Source: Chitinophagales bacterium
GTDB taxonomy: Bacteria > Bacteroidota > Bacteroidia > Chitinophagales > CAIOSU01
Length of the DNA: 64,000 nucleotides
Reading direction: 5' to 3'
NCBI GenBank assembly: GCA_018401955.1
Contig: JAGYJT010000012.1
Coordinates: 10,303 to 74,302, forward strand
Both the position numbers and the translations under genes were made by a program. A model generated the notes under the pieces. The model ran no database searches. It was given only the letters and a program-made list of their open reading frames with translations, and was not told the origin of the DNA. Below, in pieces: positions 19,694-27,949 of the stretch; the first letter of the stretch is position 1; each line of letters opens with the position of its first letter.

Positions 19694-20067
19694 TAGCTGA
19701 TCTCCTCGTAGCTACACACCACCTTTAGGTCACTTGCCGCCGAAGCCGTTGCACCAATAGACTTGTCTTCTTCCAAATAAATTGAGGTGTCTTTAGAAAT
19801 AACTACCAGAGAAGCATCAGCCGGGACAGATACAGTGCTTACAATTTCCGTAGCTGTTCCACCAATGTTGTCTTCTGAATAAATGCTGATCGTTATATCA
19901 GCCGCAGACGATCCGTCCACATTGGAGACAATTAACGAGTTGATTTTAAAAACTTTGCCACTTGCTGCTGTATTTTCTACAACCAAGGTTGCGTTAGTGG
20001 TGGACAGGTCCACAACAGCAGTCTTGCCACGAATGTCTGTAACGTTAACAATATTTGGGTTTGCCAT
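19693..20067 (-). CDS. Hypothetical virion protein (124 aa)
   Basis: Intact ORF with AAGGAG 6 nt upstream of the ATG. Beta-rich T/S/V composition. Lies in the fibre module. Confidence 0.4.
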   Translation of the reverse strand: MANPNIVNVTDIRGKTAVVDLSTTNATLVVENTAASGKVFKINSLIVSNVDGSSAADITISIYSEDNIGGTATEIVSTVSVPADASLVVISKDTSIYLEEDKSIGATASAASDLKVVCSYEEIS

Positions 20068-20077
20068 TTAAAACTCC

Positions 20078-20608
20078 TTATCCAAAAACTATTGACATGG
20101 CAATAGCCTTACCTACTGTAGCCACGTTTCCCGTACCGGGTGGTGTTGTTGACAAGATAAACCAAGAATTACTTCCTAAAAGTGTCACATCCACACCGGA
20201 CTCAATAGTGATAGGACCAACGGAAAATCCGTTGTAGTTAGCAAGGAAAGTAAAATCTTCACTTAATGTATTGCTGTTTGTAATGATTCCAGAACTAGCG
20301 CCACCAAACGCAGAACGGCTCGATGGATACGTTACAAACACATCCTTACTGCCAGCCCCCCAGCTAACAGCATTGCCTGAATTGGACGAACTAAGAATTG
20401 CGTCTCTATTTAAAGTTGTGCCTGATGATGTGAACGTACCAATCCCGACTTCCCAATCGGTGCCGTCGGTTGTTGTGTAGTACGTGGTATTTCCATCACC
20501 AATAGCACTAAAGTCTTGAAAGCCTGTGCTGGCTGAACCAAGCGTATAAGCCCCCGTGCCCGTTGTCGTGCTGGTAACCTTGACTCGATCTGCTACAACG
20601 AAAGCCAT
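20078..20608 (-). CDS. Fibre-like protein (176 aa)
   Basis: AAGGAG box. The N-terminus MAFVVADRVKVTSTTTGTGAYTLGSASTGFQDFSAIGDGNTTYYTTTDGTDWEVGIGTF matches a common phage fibre N-domain (V..T..TTGTG...L.G....F....dg....Y...dg..WEvG.G). Confidence 0.55.
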   Translation of the reverse strand: MAFVVADRVKVTSTTTGTGAYTLGSASTGFQDFSAIGDGNTTYYTTTDGTDWEVGIGTFTSSGTTLNRDAILSSSNSGNAVSWGAGSKDVFVTYPSSRSAFGGASSGIITNSNTLSEDFTFLANYNGFSVGPITIESGVDVTLLGSNSWFILSTTPPGTGNVATVGKAIAMSIVFG

Positions 20609-20618
20609 TTATTGCTCC

Positions 20619-21467
20619 TTAGGGCTGGGTAGGTATGGTGGTCCAGTCTGAAGTCTCGGACGTATTAATCGTGCCCCAAGACGTTGATTGACTGGAATCA
20701 ATATTACCCCAGACCACACTCTGAAAGTCGTTAATAATTTCCCACAGACGCCTTGCTGTTATAGAATCCGAGGCAAGAATTAGTTCTTGAATAGCGGCTA
20801 AAAAAATCGTGCTTGCAATAACGGAATCTGTAGCTGTAGCTGACTCTAAAACTGATACGGCATACTCAGGAAGAGAAGACGTTTCTCCAGAAACCAAAAT
20901 AGATTCTGTAATATCCCCATCAACAGAAAAAGTAGAAGATATTTCATCTGTAATGGTAGCGTTATTAATGACAAGCGAATTAAATGTTGGCGTCGTACTG
21001 GGTAAGTCAGTAATCTGACCTCCATCTGATATATCCGACTCAAAGACAACGCTGACGCTAACCTGCTCAGTTCCTGTTCCAGTTTCAGAAACGGAAGAAC
21101 TAAACGAAGTAGATGCCTCTATTGTGTCGTTTGCAGAAGCAGATTCATTGATAAGGCTATTAAAAGTTTCGCTTACTACAACTGTATCTGTGCCGGTAAC
21201 AGACTCTGCGATTGCTGACGCTATGCTAATTCCTGCGGCGACGGTATCTGTACCCGTTGCGTTTTCAATTACGCTTGATATAAAAGACCCGTTGGCTGCT
21301 ACTGAATCTGTTACTAAAGCAGAGCTTATAAACTCCGCTGCAAAAACCGCCTGAGCTACAAAAGTTACTGTGCCTGTTGCTGATTCACTAATTGAAACAT
21401 CGTAAACAACCCCTACTTCTGCAAGAGAAGCAAACGGGGCTTCAGCAAACGCAGCGTAACCAAACAC
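20619..21467 (-). CDS. Repeat-containing acidic Ser/Thr-rich virion protein (282 aa)
   Basis: About 11 imperfect repeats of ~19-20 aa of the form h-x-E-S/N-x-T-G/A-T-D-S/T-V (e.g. IENATGTDTVAAG, AESVTGTDTVVVS, LESATATDSVIAS). Confidence 0.5.
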   Translation of the reverse strand: MFGYAAFAEAPFASLAEVGVVYDVSISESATGTVTFVAQAVFAAEFISSALVTDSVAANGSFISSVIENATGTDTVAAGISIASAIAESVTGTDTVVVSETFNSLINESASANDTIEASTSFSSSVSETGTGTEQVSVSVVFESDISDGGQITDLPSTTPTFNSLVINNATITDEISSTFSVDGDITESILVSGETSSLPEYAVSVLESATATDSVIASTIFLAAIQELILASDSITARRLWEIINDFQSVVWGNIDSSQSTSWGTINTSETSDWTTIPTQP

Positions 21468-21468
21468 G

Positions 21469-21651
21469 TTACTCTACGGCTACGAGATCAGACTCTTTGA
21501 ACCAGCGTGACTGTTCTTTGCCATCCGCATCAGTCCAAACAAGCCAGCAATACACAATACCGTCTTCGTCCATACGAAATGATTGAACGGCACCTTGAGG
21601 GATAACAGCCCGTACTTTGACTTGCTGCCCCTTAGTAAATGTTGTTGCCAT
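21469..21651 (-). CDS. Small hypothetical protein (60 aa), SH3/KOW-like beta pattern
   Basis: Intact ORF with an AAGGAG box. Sequence MATTFTKGQQVKVRAVIPQGAV... Confidence 0.35.
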   Translation of the reverse strand: MATTFTKGQQVKVRAVIPQGAVQSFRMDEDGIVYCWLVWTDADGKEQSRWFKESDLVAVE

Positions 21652-21661
21652 TTGTTGCTCC

Positions 21662-22243
21662 TTAGGTCGCAGCTAAGCTGAAGGTGTAGGTCACGTTAAC
21701 AGTGTCACCGTTCACAACAGCACGGTCACCTGGCGCTTCAAAGTCTGCCGCCGAAAACAATGTGCCAGAAGTGCCACCCTTGGTGTCATCCGAGGTCAAG
21801 AAAGCGCCACCAACCGTCGTTGTGCCGTTGATCGAAAACACAGCTACTGAACCCGAGTTATCAATTACCGAAGGATCTGCGGTGGTTGCCGTTCCAAATG
21901 TAGCAGCGGGGCGGGTGGCTTGGCTATAAGCCGTTACTTCCGTCCAACCAGCGTGTGAAGACATCGTGTCACCAGCGGCGGGATCGTTAGAAGAGGCCGC
22001 ACCGTAAAGACCAATGTACCAAGCAGCCGTGTAGGTGGAGCCACTGAAGTACTTGGTGTTCATGTCCTGAAGGCCAACATTAACCACTAAATTAGGGGAC
22101 TTAGCTTCCCACTTTAGGTTGCCGTCCTTGTCAAAACACGTGACGGTAAATACGCCCCCACCACGAATACCTTCCGCAACACCCTTACTTTTTTGCACGG
22201 TGCTAGACACAAGGTCTGTGCTTTTTGCTTGTTCGTTAAACAT
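21662..22243 (-). CDS. Hypothetical virion protein (193 aa)
   Basis: TAGGAG box. Shares the ...GY.AGG...V...F...W motif architecture with the neighbouring 135-aa ORF (possible paralogues). Confidence 0.4.
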   Translation of the reverse strand: MFNEQAKSTDLVSSTVQKSKGVAEGIRGGGVFTVTCFDKDGNLKWEAKSPNLVVNVGLQDMNTKYFSGSTYTAAWYIGLYGAASSNDPAAGDTMSSHAGWTEVTAYSQATRPAATFGTATTADPSVIDNSGSVAVFSINGTTTVGGAFLTSDDTKGGTSGTLFSAADFEAPGDRAVVNGDTVNVTYTFSLAAT

Positions 22244-22252
22244 AACTAACTC

Positions 22253-22660
22253 CTATGAAAGTCTAATTAATGCATCCGTTGAGGAAGCTACTGGAAAGTC
22301 AACCGTAAAGGTTGTTGTAGAAGTCTTATCAGATCCAAAGTCTAATACACAGACTGCTGCACCACTATCTTTATAAATCAACGCACCACGAGCCGTAATA
22401 GCGGCAGACCACGAAGTATCTGTAAATGTAATAAACGCCGTACCGCCTGTGATGCCCTTGGAGACGGTTAGGGTATTCCCACCAGCCGTGTAGCCTGAAC
22501 CAACAACCTCGCCACTTGTTGTATATGCAGCAGTCTCTGCGTTAAGCGATGCGCTGTTTGTGTATAACGCAATCTTGAACGTGTCCGTATCAAAATCAAA
22601 GTCTCCGTCAATCAGCCCAGACTTGAACGAATTGCAGGTGAAGTTTCCAGTAAATGCCAT
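22253..22660 (-). CDS. Hypothetical virion protein (135 aa)
   Basis: Intact ORF abutting the upstream stop. Contains FKIALYTNSASLNAETAAYTTSGEVVGSGYTAGGNTL, a pattern seen in small phage neck/tail proteins. Confidence 0.4.
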   Translation of the reverse strand: MAFTGNFTCNSFKSGLIDGDFDFDTDTFKIALYTNSASLNAETAAYTTSGEVVGSGYTAGGNTLTVSKGITGGTAFITFTDTSWSAAITARGALIYKDSGAAVCVLDFGSDKTSTTTFTVDFPVASSTDALIRLS

Positions 22661-23380
22661 TTACATCACCGGGATCTTAATTTGACCATTACGATAAGCG
22701 TCGCCTCTTTCCATCCCATCACCAAGGCGTTTAGCTAACATCATTGCTTCATCGTAACGCTTCTGATACCCAGCAATGACATCAGGCTCGCCCTTCATAT
22801 AGGTGTAAGCCTCTAAGAGCGAACCGTATAGCAAGACGCTGTCAAAGTTATCTGCAAGCCAAGTCGTTGATGCAGTGACAATAGACTCAGGGTAGTAATA
22901 GTAGTGAAGTTCAATATTGTATGCAGCATCTGGTGTTGGACCAAGAATAAAGCTGTATTCATTTGTAATCACAGCAGGAACAGTGTTTGTCGTTGTTGGT
23001 CCAAAAATAGCGTAGTACTGAGGTTTGCCTGTAGCAGTAGGGCTTGGAAAAGATTGCCGTATAAAGTTGACATCTTTGTTGAGCAAAAACTCATACTCGC
23101 CGGTTACTAAATCAATAACCGCCATTGAATAAACAGCAAGGAAGTCAGACGGACTAGAGAGGTACTTATTGTTAGGTGTGACTGGGCCAGTGACGTTATT
23201 ACGAATAGCTGGGAACTGAACCGAGTTATAAATCCTTTGTTCAGCCTGTTGGATAAACGTATCGATCTGTTCTTTTGACGTAAATGTAACGTTTGCAGCG
23301 GTGGGATCACCGAACTGCGTGTTTGGGAAATCGTTTTCGCAATATCCCTTGATCGTCTCAAACAGAGTCGTATAGTTCAT
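22661..23380 (-). CDS. Neck/adaptor-region structural protein (239 aa)
   Basis: Intact ORF, similar in size to and adjacent to the 238-aa adaptor-like gene. No catalytic motif seen. Confidence 0.35.
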   Translation of the reverse strand: MNYTTLFETIKGYCENDFPNTQFGDPTAANVTFTSKEQIDTFIQQAEQRIYNSVQFPAIRNNVTGPVTPNNKYLSSPSDFLAVYSMAVIDLVTGEYEFLLNKDVNFIRQSFPSPTATGKPQYYAIFGPTTTNTVPAVITNEYSFILGPTPDAAYNIELHYYYYPESIVTASTTWLADNFDSVLLYGSLLEAYTYMKGEPDVIAGYQKRYDEAMMLAKRLGDGMERGDAYRNGQIKIPVM

Positions 23381-23523
23381 TTATCCAAGCTTCTTAGAAG
23401 AGTTTGTGCCCTTCGTTGCTGCGCCCGTACCACGAGTCTTAACAGTCTGCGTATTGGGAACATTATTAGGGTATCCACTAGTGTGAGGGACCGGCACGGG
23501 AGTTGGTTGGTTATGCGAAGACA

Positions 23524-23688
23524 TTATCGACCCCTTCCAGAAGAGCGCTGGTTCATAACCTTAGCCATGCCTCGACCGTACTTCTTCATGTCAAGGTTGG
23601 TTTTGCCACCTTTTTTTAAACCTTTGTGTGCTTTGCTTGCAGGTTTGTCTGCATGCTCTTTAAGCATTTCTTTCAATTTCTTTTCCAT
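23524..23688 (-). CDS. Small basic protein (54 aa; MEKKLKEMLKEHADKPASKAHKGLKKGGKTNLDMKKYGRGMAKVMNQRSSGRGR)
   Basis: Below the 60-aa track cut-off; found by hand. AGGAG box 6 nt upstream, and its TAA overlaps the next ATG (TAATG). A further 47-codon ORF (MSSHNQPTPVPVPH..., ~23381-23524) follows. Confidence 0.45.
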   Translation of the reverse strand: MEKKLKEMLKEHADKPASKAHKGLKKGGKTNLDMKKYGRGMAKVMNQRSSGRGR

Positions 23689-23697
23689 CTCAATCTC

Positions 23698-24090
23698 CTA
23701 AGTTACTGATACCGTTACCGTTCCAAGTGTTATACCCAACGCCAAGTTGTTTGGTGTAAGACTATCTGCATTAGCTCTGGCGCCGCCTACAGGAGCAAAG
23801 CCCCATTGAAAAATTCTACTGCCGCCCGACTCTGTTCCATCGGGGCCAAGTCCAGATGTGATGTAGCTGTTTGCATCTGGTCGTGGGTTTCTTACTGCTT
23901 GCGGGTCTTCCACCGGATACATGCCCAACTGCAACTGCGGCTGATCGGGTTCCCAACACTCCGGGCATACTAGAATATTAACGTTTTTTGTCTTAATAAT
24001 CAGCCTTTTTAGTTCTTTTAGGTCGTACCGAAAGTTGCAGCGGTCACACTGCGCAATCGCATACTTACCCGAAGAAAACCGATTACTCAC
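23698..24090 (-). CDS. Zinc-ribbon virion protein (130 aa)
   Basis: CDRC...(24 aa)...CPEC four-Cys ribbon near the N-terminus. Overlaps the upstream gene by 4 nt. Confidence 0.5.
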   Translation of the reverse strand: MSNRFSSGKYAIAQCDRCNFRYDLKELKRLIIKTKNVNILVCPECWEPDQPQLQLGMYPVEDPQAVRNPRPDANSYITSGLGPDGTESGGSRIFQWGFAPVGGARANADSLTPNNLALGITLGTVTVSVT

Positions 24091-24803
24091 GATATAAACA
24101 TCCTGCGCGGTACCAGACGATCAGGCGCTTTCTCACGGTCTTCCCCAGCCGCCAAGTCCCACGCCTCGTCATACATCTGTTTTAAAATAACCAGTCGTTC
24201 AGTCGCATCAGGAAGCTTTAAAGCTAAGTAGTACGACAGCCCTGCCACAAGACAAGGAAGAAAACGAAACGGGATGTCCTGGGTAGCAGTACCACCGCCA
24301 GCATCTTGAATACGGCGCATGCGCCAGTAAACGAACGTATACGCTTGGGAGCCATCAGGAGCAGGCCAAACATTGATTTGGGGTGCGTTCACCCCAGTAG
24401 GCTCTGTCGCCCCAGACTGCCTGTTAACCCAGACTTGAATGGGCCGTCCTTGTTGAATCTTGTTAGGGATCGTGGCGTAGGTAGAAACACTAATACGAGA
24501 GATTGTTAGGTCTGCCTGCGTTGCCGCACTACCCGCGCCCGTGCGAATAACATGTTCTAAAAGGTCTACGGTGTCAACCGGAAGGTCATAAGAAACCTGC
24601 CCCTGCACTAAAGGGAGAGAACCTTGCTCGATTGTCCAGAGGTTAATGCCTCGGTTGGCCCAGTCTGCAAACAAAAGGTTTAGGGAGCGCCTTGCTGTAC
24701 GAAAGTCGTAACCCGTGCGTAATTCTGCACCGCAGCGCTCAAAAGCCTCTTCGAGAATATCGTTGAGGTCTAAATTAAATGATGCGGTGCCAGAGGTTGT
24801 CAT
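24087..24803 (-). CDS. Putative head-tail adaptor/connector protein (238 aa)
   Basis: ARRSLNLLFADWANRGINLWTIEQGSLPLVQGQVSYDLP resembles the conserved N-region of podovirus adaptor proteins (from memory). Position is downstream of the head genes. Confidence 0.4.
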   Translation of the reverse strand: MTTSGTASFNLDLNDILEEAFERCGAELRTGYDFRTARRSLNLLFADWANRGINLWTIEQGSLPLVQGQVSYDLPVDTVDLLEHVIRTGAGSAATQADLTISRISVSTYATIPNKIQQGRPIQVWVNRQSGATEPTGVNAPQINVWPAPDGSQAYTFVYWRMRRIQDAGGGTATQDIPFRFLPCLVAGLSYYLALKLPDATERLVILKQMYDEAWDLAAGEDREKAPDRLVPRRMFIS

Positions 24804-24807
24804 ACTT

Positions 24808-25008
24808 TTAGCCCGTCGCCTTTAAATTTGCAGTCGTAATAAATTTTACCAATTTGCCGTATTCATTCATAATTTTTACAATTAAATCACTTTTGTGCTC
24901 AGTATAGGCTTCGCACTCATTTTTTGTCACAAAATTTGTCTGATCGTCAAACACGATGCCCGTGCAACCTTGCGTTAAGGTACAGAGAACAAATTCAGCT
25001 ATCCACAT
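24808..25008 (-). CDS. Small hypothetical protein (66 aa from MWIAEF)
   Basis: GGGGAGAGAG box upstream of ATG 25008. A second hand-found 49-codon ORF (MEISTHLITGMMVGIELVPGD..., 24992-25141) lies just upstream. Confidence 0.3.
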   Translation of the reverse strand: MWIAEFVLCTLTQGCTGIVFDDQTNFVTKNECEAYTEHKSDLIVKIMNEYGKLVKFITTANLKATG

Positions 25009-25155
25009 TGCTCTCTCCCCAATGAAACATGATTCGCACAATAAACAGGTCAATAACAAAACAATGTTGCCAATCACTATCTCCAGGGACAAGCTCAATC
25101 CCCACCATCATGCCAGTAATCAGGTGAGTGCTTATTTCCATTATTTTCTTTTCCA

Positions 25156-25359
25156 CTACAACTTTTCCGCCGCTTTGTATGCGGCGAGTAACGCTTTAAG
25201 CTCCGCAATTTCTGCGTCTCTTTCTGCTAGTTTTTTTAAGTAACTTTCATTCATGTCAACCCAAATCTTCATGCCATTCATGCGCTCTTTATGGTCGTCT
25301 GCCATCATTTGAAACAAACGCTCTGAAGCCTCGATCTGCTTTTGAATAAAGTCAATCAT
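25156..25359 (-). CDS. Small coiled-coil protein (67 aa from MIDFIQKQ)
   Basis: ATG 25359 overlaps the upstream TGA (ATGA). The upstream extension of the track ORF overlaps the preceding gene and is unlikely to be coding. Confidence 0.4.
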   Translation of the reverse strand: MIDFIQKQIEASERLFQMMADDHKERMNGMKIWVDMNESYLKKLAERDAEIAELKALLAAYKAAEKL

Positions 25360-25631
25360 TTCTTTTTCATGCCTTTTAGTGTTTGTGCAAGTCGGGCACG
25401 TTGGCCCATCTTTCCGGGGGCTTTGGCGGCTTTGGCTAATTTGGCGGCGGGGATTTTTTCGCCTTTTTTCACACCAAGCGATTTTCGTAAAGAGCCGGGT
25501 TTTTTGATGGCTGACTGAATCCATTTTGAAGTTGCGCCGCCCTTTTTCATAAAGCCCATTTTGTTACGGACATCTGTTGGAAGTTTTGCCAGACCCGGAT
25601 TTTCTTCTTTGTCTACAGGTTTAAGTGCCAT
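25356..25631 (-). CDS. Small Lys-rich basic protein (91 aa)
   Basis: MALKPVDKEENPGLAKLPTDVRNKMGFMKKGGATSKWIQSAIKKPGSLRKSLG...; TAATG overlap with the upstream gene. Confidence 0.5.
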   Translation of the reverse strand: MALKPVDKEENPGLAKLPTDVRNKMGFMKKGGATSKWIQSAIKKPGSLRKSLGVKKGEKIPAAKLAKAAKAPGKMGQRARLAQTLKGMKKK

Positions 25632-25882
25632 TATCGAAACCCCGCTGTCTTTCTAGCAATGCTCTTTGGTTGTTTAACAAACTGCTTACCCTTAGCTTTA
25701 CCTGCCCGTTTGGCCCTTGAAGTAGCTGCATACTCGGCGGGAGATAATGACTTAATGGCTGATTCTGGTAAATAGCGCTCACCAGTGGCCTTTGCCCCCT
25801 GAGTAGAAGGCTTTCCACTCTTAGTCCTCCATTTTTGCTGAGTCCAAGATTTCAGACTCTGCTGCGGCTTTTTCAATGGCAT
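25631..25882 (-). CDS. Small Lys-rich basic protein (83 aa) with W..QKWRTKSGK...GERYLP motif
   Basis: SLKSWTQQKWRTKSGKPSTQGAKATGERYLPESAIKSLSPAEYAATSRAKR resembles a small conserved phage/marine DUF family (name not certain). Confidence 0.5.
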   Translation of the reverse strand: MPLKKPQQSLKSWTQQKWRTKSGKPSTQGAKATGERYLPESAIKSLSPAEYAATSRAKRAGKAKGKQFVKQPKSIARKTAGFR

Positions 25883-25977
25883 GGCGTTCTATCCTTCTAA
25901 GCTCTCTTAGCGTTTGCGTGGAGTACAAGACCCATTCAAATACGTTACCGTCTGTCTTCGGCTCGTACGTCGGCATC

Positions 25978-26259
25978 TTAATCACGGTATCCGCCGCCTG
26001 CTTTTTTGTATTGCTGGGCAAGCATTTGGGCTTTTCTGGCAGACCACTGTCCTGGGGCACCACCCTTACCACCCGCTTTAATTCTTTCAAATATCTGCTT
26101 TCGGAGGGAAGGCTTGGTGTAGTTGCCAGCTTCGTTAACACGTGACTTACCTCCGGCTTTAAAAACCGTTACCTCGTTTGGATCATCCTTACGGGTAATC
26201 GTACGAGCTTTAGGCATTTTGGATGGGCGCATGTCGCCCATCCCTCGGCTCGGCATCAT
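25978..26259 (-). CDS. Small basic protein (93 aa) with GAPGQWSARKAQ...YKKAGGGY motif
   Basis: The C-terminus KAGGKGGAPGQWSARKAQMLAQQYKKAGGGYRD matches a DUF-type motif I recall from phage/viral small proteins. A possible 51-codon ORF (25821-25976) follows. Confidence 0.5.
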   Translation of the reverse strand: MMPSRGMGDMRPSKMPKARTITRKDDPNEVTVFKAGGKSRVNEAGNYTKPSLRKQIFERIKAGGKGGAPGQWSARKAQMLAQQYKKAGGGYRD

Positions 26260-26261
26260 GC

Positions 26262-26495
26262 TTAGACCTTACCGCCGCTCTTCATCATTTTGGACATGCC
26301 ACCGCTTGCCATCATTTTGGCTTTACCAACGCCACCACCCGCCATCATCTTAGTCATACCGCCACCGTACAACATTTTCCCTTTGGTCTTGCCCTTTACG
26401 GCAATACCGTCAGCACGCTTAGAAGCGCTGCCCATAGAAGGCTTTGCTGTTTTAACGGTGCCCATTTTAGAAGCGCCCATTTTTGCTTTCATCAT
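26262..26495 (-). CDS. Met/Lys/Gly-rich small basic protein (77 aa)
   Basis: By my count 14 Met, 16 Lys and 17 Gly of 77 residues, with GGxxxKMM repeats. Contains SASKRADGIAVKGKTKGKM, shared with 27160-27423. Confidence 0.5.
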   Translation of the reverse strand: MMKAKMGASKMGTVKTAKPSMGSASKRADGIAVKGKTKGKMLYGGGMTKMMAGGGVGKAKMMASGGMSKMMKSGGKV

Positions 26496-26500
26496 CTCAG

Positions 26501-27160
26501 TTACTCCTTGTACAAGTTATTAAAAGTCACCTCAGGGTCCATGTACGAGTCATCTTGTTCCGCACATTGAATCCATTGGCTCGGTCTAAAATCAGGCGCT
26601 CCTTCTCCGGTCTGCCAATAAGCAGGACTGGTAACTCGCACTCGATTGTTGGGTAAAGCCACTACATTTCCTGTCCATTTGCCTGCATCAGTAAGAATTA
26701 ACACATGGCTCTGTTTATGCTGGGAGGGGTCTTCAGAGACATCGCTCTCGGCGTAGTCCACCGTAAACAAGTACCTTCCAGTATGAAACTCGTTATCAAT
26801 CTTGCACAACCAAGGCGAAGGCTGTGCCCTGGCGATCTTAACAATCCCGTGGTTGTACGAGCTACAGTCCCAAGGCTGAGCCAGATGGGTCTGCATACGC
26901 TCAGGCCACTCTTGAAGGGGGATGTCACCCACAAGTGCAGTGATCGGCATACGCGCCCACATAGCCCCGCCATGAGGGTTAGGCTCTCCTTCAGCCTCAC
27001 AACCCGTGAAGATGATCTGAAAGCTAAGGCATCGGTCAGGTATTGTCGTGACAGCAACTGCCAAGCCGTGTATGTACTCTCCGTGGTAGTTGCTGTGCGC
27101 ATTAGTAAATTCTTTCCTGACCCAACACTTGAAATACGGAATGTTGCTTGTTAGGTACAT
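26501..27160 (-). CDS. Hypothetical protein (219 aa), Trp/His/Cys-containing globular
   Basis: Longest ORF at this locus; two overlapping alternative-frame ORFs are shorter. No motif recognised. Embedded among the basic small proteins. Confidence 0.45.
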   Translation of the reverse strand: MYLTSNIPYFKCWVRKEFTNAHSNYHGEYIHGLAVAVTTIPDRCLSFQIIFTGCEAEGEPNPHGGAMWARMPITALVGDIPLQEWPERMQTHLAQPWDCSSYNHGIVKIARAQPSPWLCKIDNEFHTGRYLFTVDYAESDVSEDPSQHKQSHVLILTDAGKWTGNVVALPNNRVRVTSPAYWQTGEGAPDFRPSQWIQCAEQDDSYMDPEVTFNNLYKE

Positions 27161-27423
27161 CAGATCATCTTTCCTCGGGTTTTGCCTTTCATGGCAATAC
27201 CATCCGCCCGTTTAGAGGCGGAAGACTTAATTGAACCACCCTTCTTCTTTCCAATTGCAGTTTTTTTTAGCTTTCTTTGGGCTGCTCGTTCTTTTGCACG
27301 TTTAGCAAAATCATCCATATCTTTCTCAACTTCAGATTGAGGAGTGTCCATTTTTTTAGCTGCCGCTTCGTACTGCTCTTTAGTAACAGGGCGACCTAAA
27401 ATTTCGTATACCTCTTTAGCCAT
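27160..27423 (-). CDS. Small basic protein (87 aa) with C-terminal SASKRADGIAMKGKTRGKMI
   Basis: Acidic/helical N-half and Lys-rich C-half. The C-terminal 19 aa are nearly identical to an internal segment of 26262-26495. Confidence 0.5.
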   Translation of the reverse strand: MAKEVYEILGRPVTKEQYEAAAKKMDTPQSEVEKDMDDFAKRAKERAAQRKLKKTAIGKKKGGSIKSSASKRADGIAMKGKTRGKMI

Positions 27424-27425
27424 GG

Positions 27426-27668
27426 TTATTTACCTGTTAAATAATGTAGTAGAAACCCTAATGTGCCACTTACTGCGGCGGCTAGTCCTGCGACAGCCAT
27501 CATTGTTTTCCAGCCGCCTTTGGCTTCTGAAAGGGTGCGGTTTATCTCTGCCAGAGAGCGCTTGATCTCATCAATATCCTTCATCATCCGGTCCATGTCG
27601 TCCTGGATGTGCTTGATTTCAACGCCGTGTTCGGCTAGTTCACGTTCGACGCTCATCAGCACTTCCAC
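27426..27668 (-). CDS. XhlA-like coiled-coil protein with C-terminal TM (80 aa)
   Basis: VERELAEHGVEIKHIQDDMDRMMKDIDEIKRSLAEINRTL followed by the TM segment WKTMMAVAGLAAAVSGTLGFLLHYL. This architecture matches XhlA-type phage membrane proteins. Confidence 0.4.
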   Translation of the reverse strand: MEVLMSVERELAEHGVEIKHIQDDMDRMMKDIDEIKRSLAEINRTLSEAKGGWKTMMAVAGLAAAVSGTLGFLLHYLTGK

Positions 27669-27949
27669 CTTTTTAATGATTGGTTAATTCGGCTGTTGGG
27701 GTCTTTGCGTGTCTCGGGCTTAGCTAACTTCTTCATGCCTTTCATTCGAGCACAAAACGATTTACGCCGCGCTGCGCGCTTGCCTGTAGGGCTATCTTCT
27801 GTAACGGCAGTCTTAAGCTTAGAGCCAGGGTTGGCCTTACGGTAGGCTTTTACACCTTTCTCCGTCATGCCAGCACCCTGTTTTGTTTGTCGGAAGTTAC
27901 CGCTTTTTACCGACGTTTTAATACCCATGCCCTTAGCCATGCTAGCCAC
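27656..27949 (-). CDS. Small basic protein (97 aa), GLT..G.KAYRKANPGSKLK...RRKSFCARMKGM motif
   Basis: MTEKGVKAYRKANPGSKLKTAVTEDSPTGKRAARRKSFCARMKGM resembles a small phage DUF family (recalled as DUF6321-like; unverified). Confidence 0.5.
   Translation of the reverse strand: MASMAKGMGIKTSVKSGNFRQTKQGAGMTEKGVKAYRKANPGSKLKTAVTEDSPTGKRAARRKSFCARMKGMKKLAKPETRKDPNSRINQSLKRWKC

Noticed and set aside
15131-21467. Diversity-generating retroelement acting on the fibre genes
   Set aside because: No reverse-transcriptase ORF and no template/variable repeat pair with adenine-specific differences was seen. The duplicated segment differs at all base types.
26698-27154. Alternative-frame ORFs (134 aa minus, 149 aa plus) overlapping 26501-27160
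   Set aside because: They are shorter and Arg/Leu/Ser/Cys-rich. The 219-aa frame starts right at the upstream gene's stop, so I keep only the 219-aa ORF.
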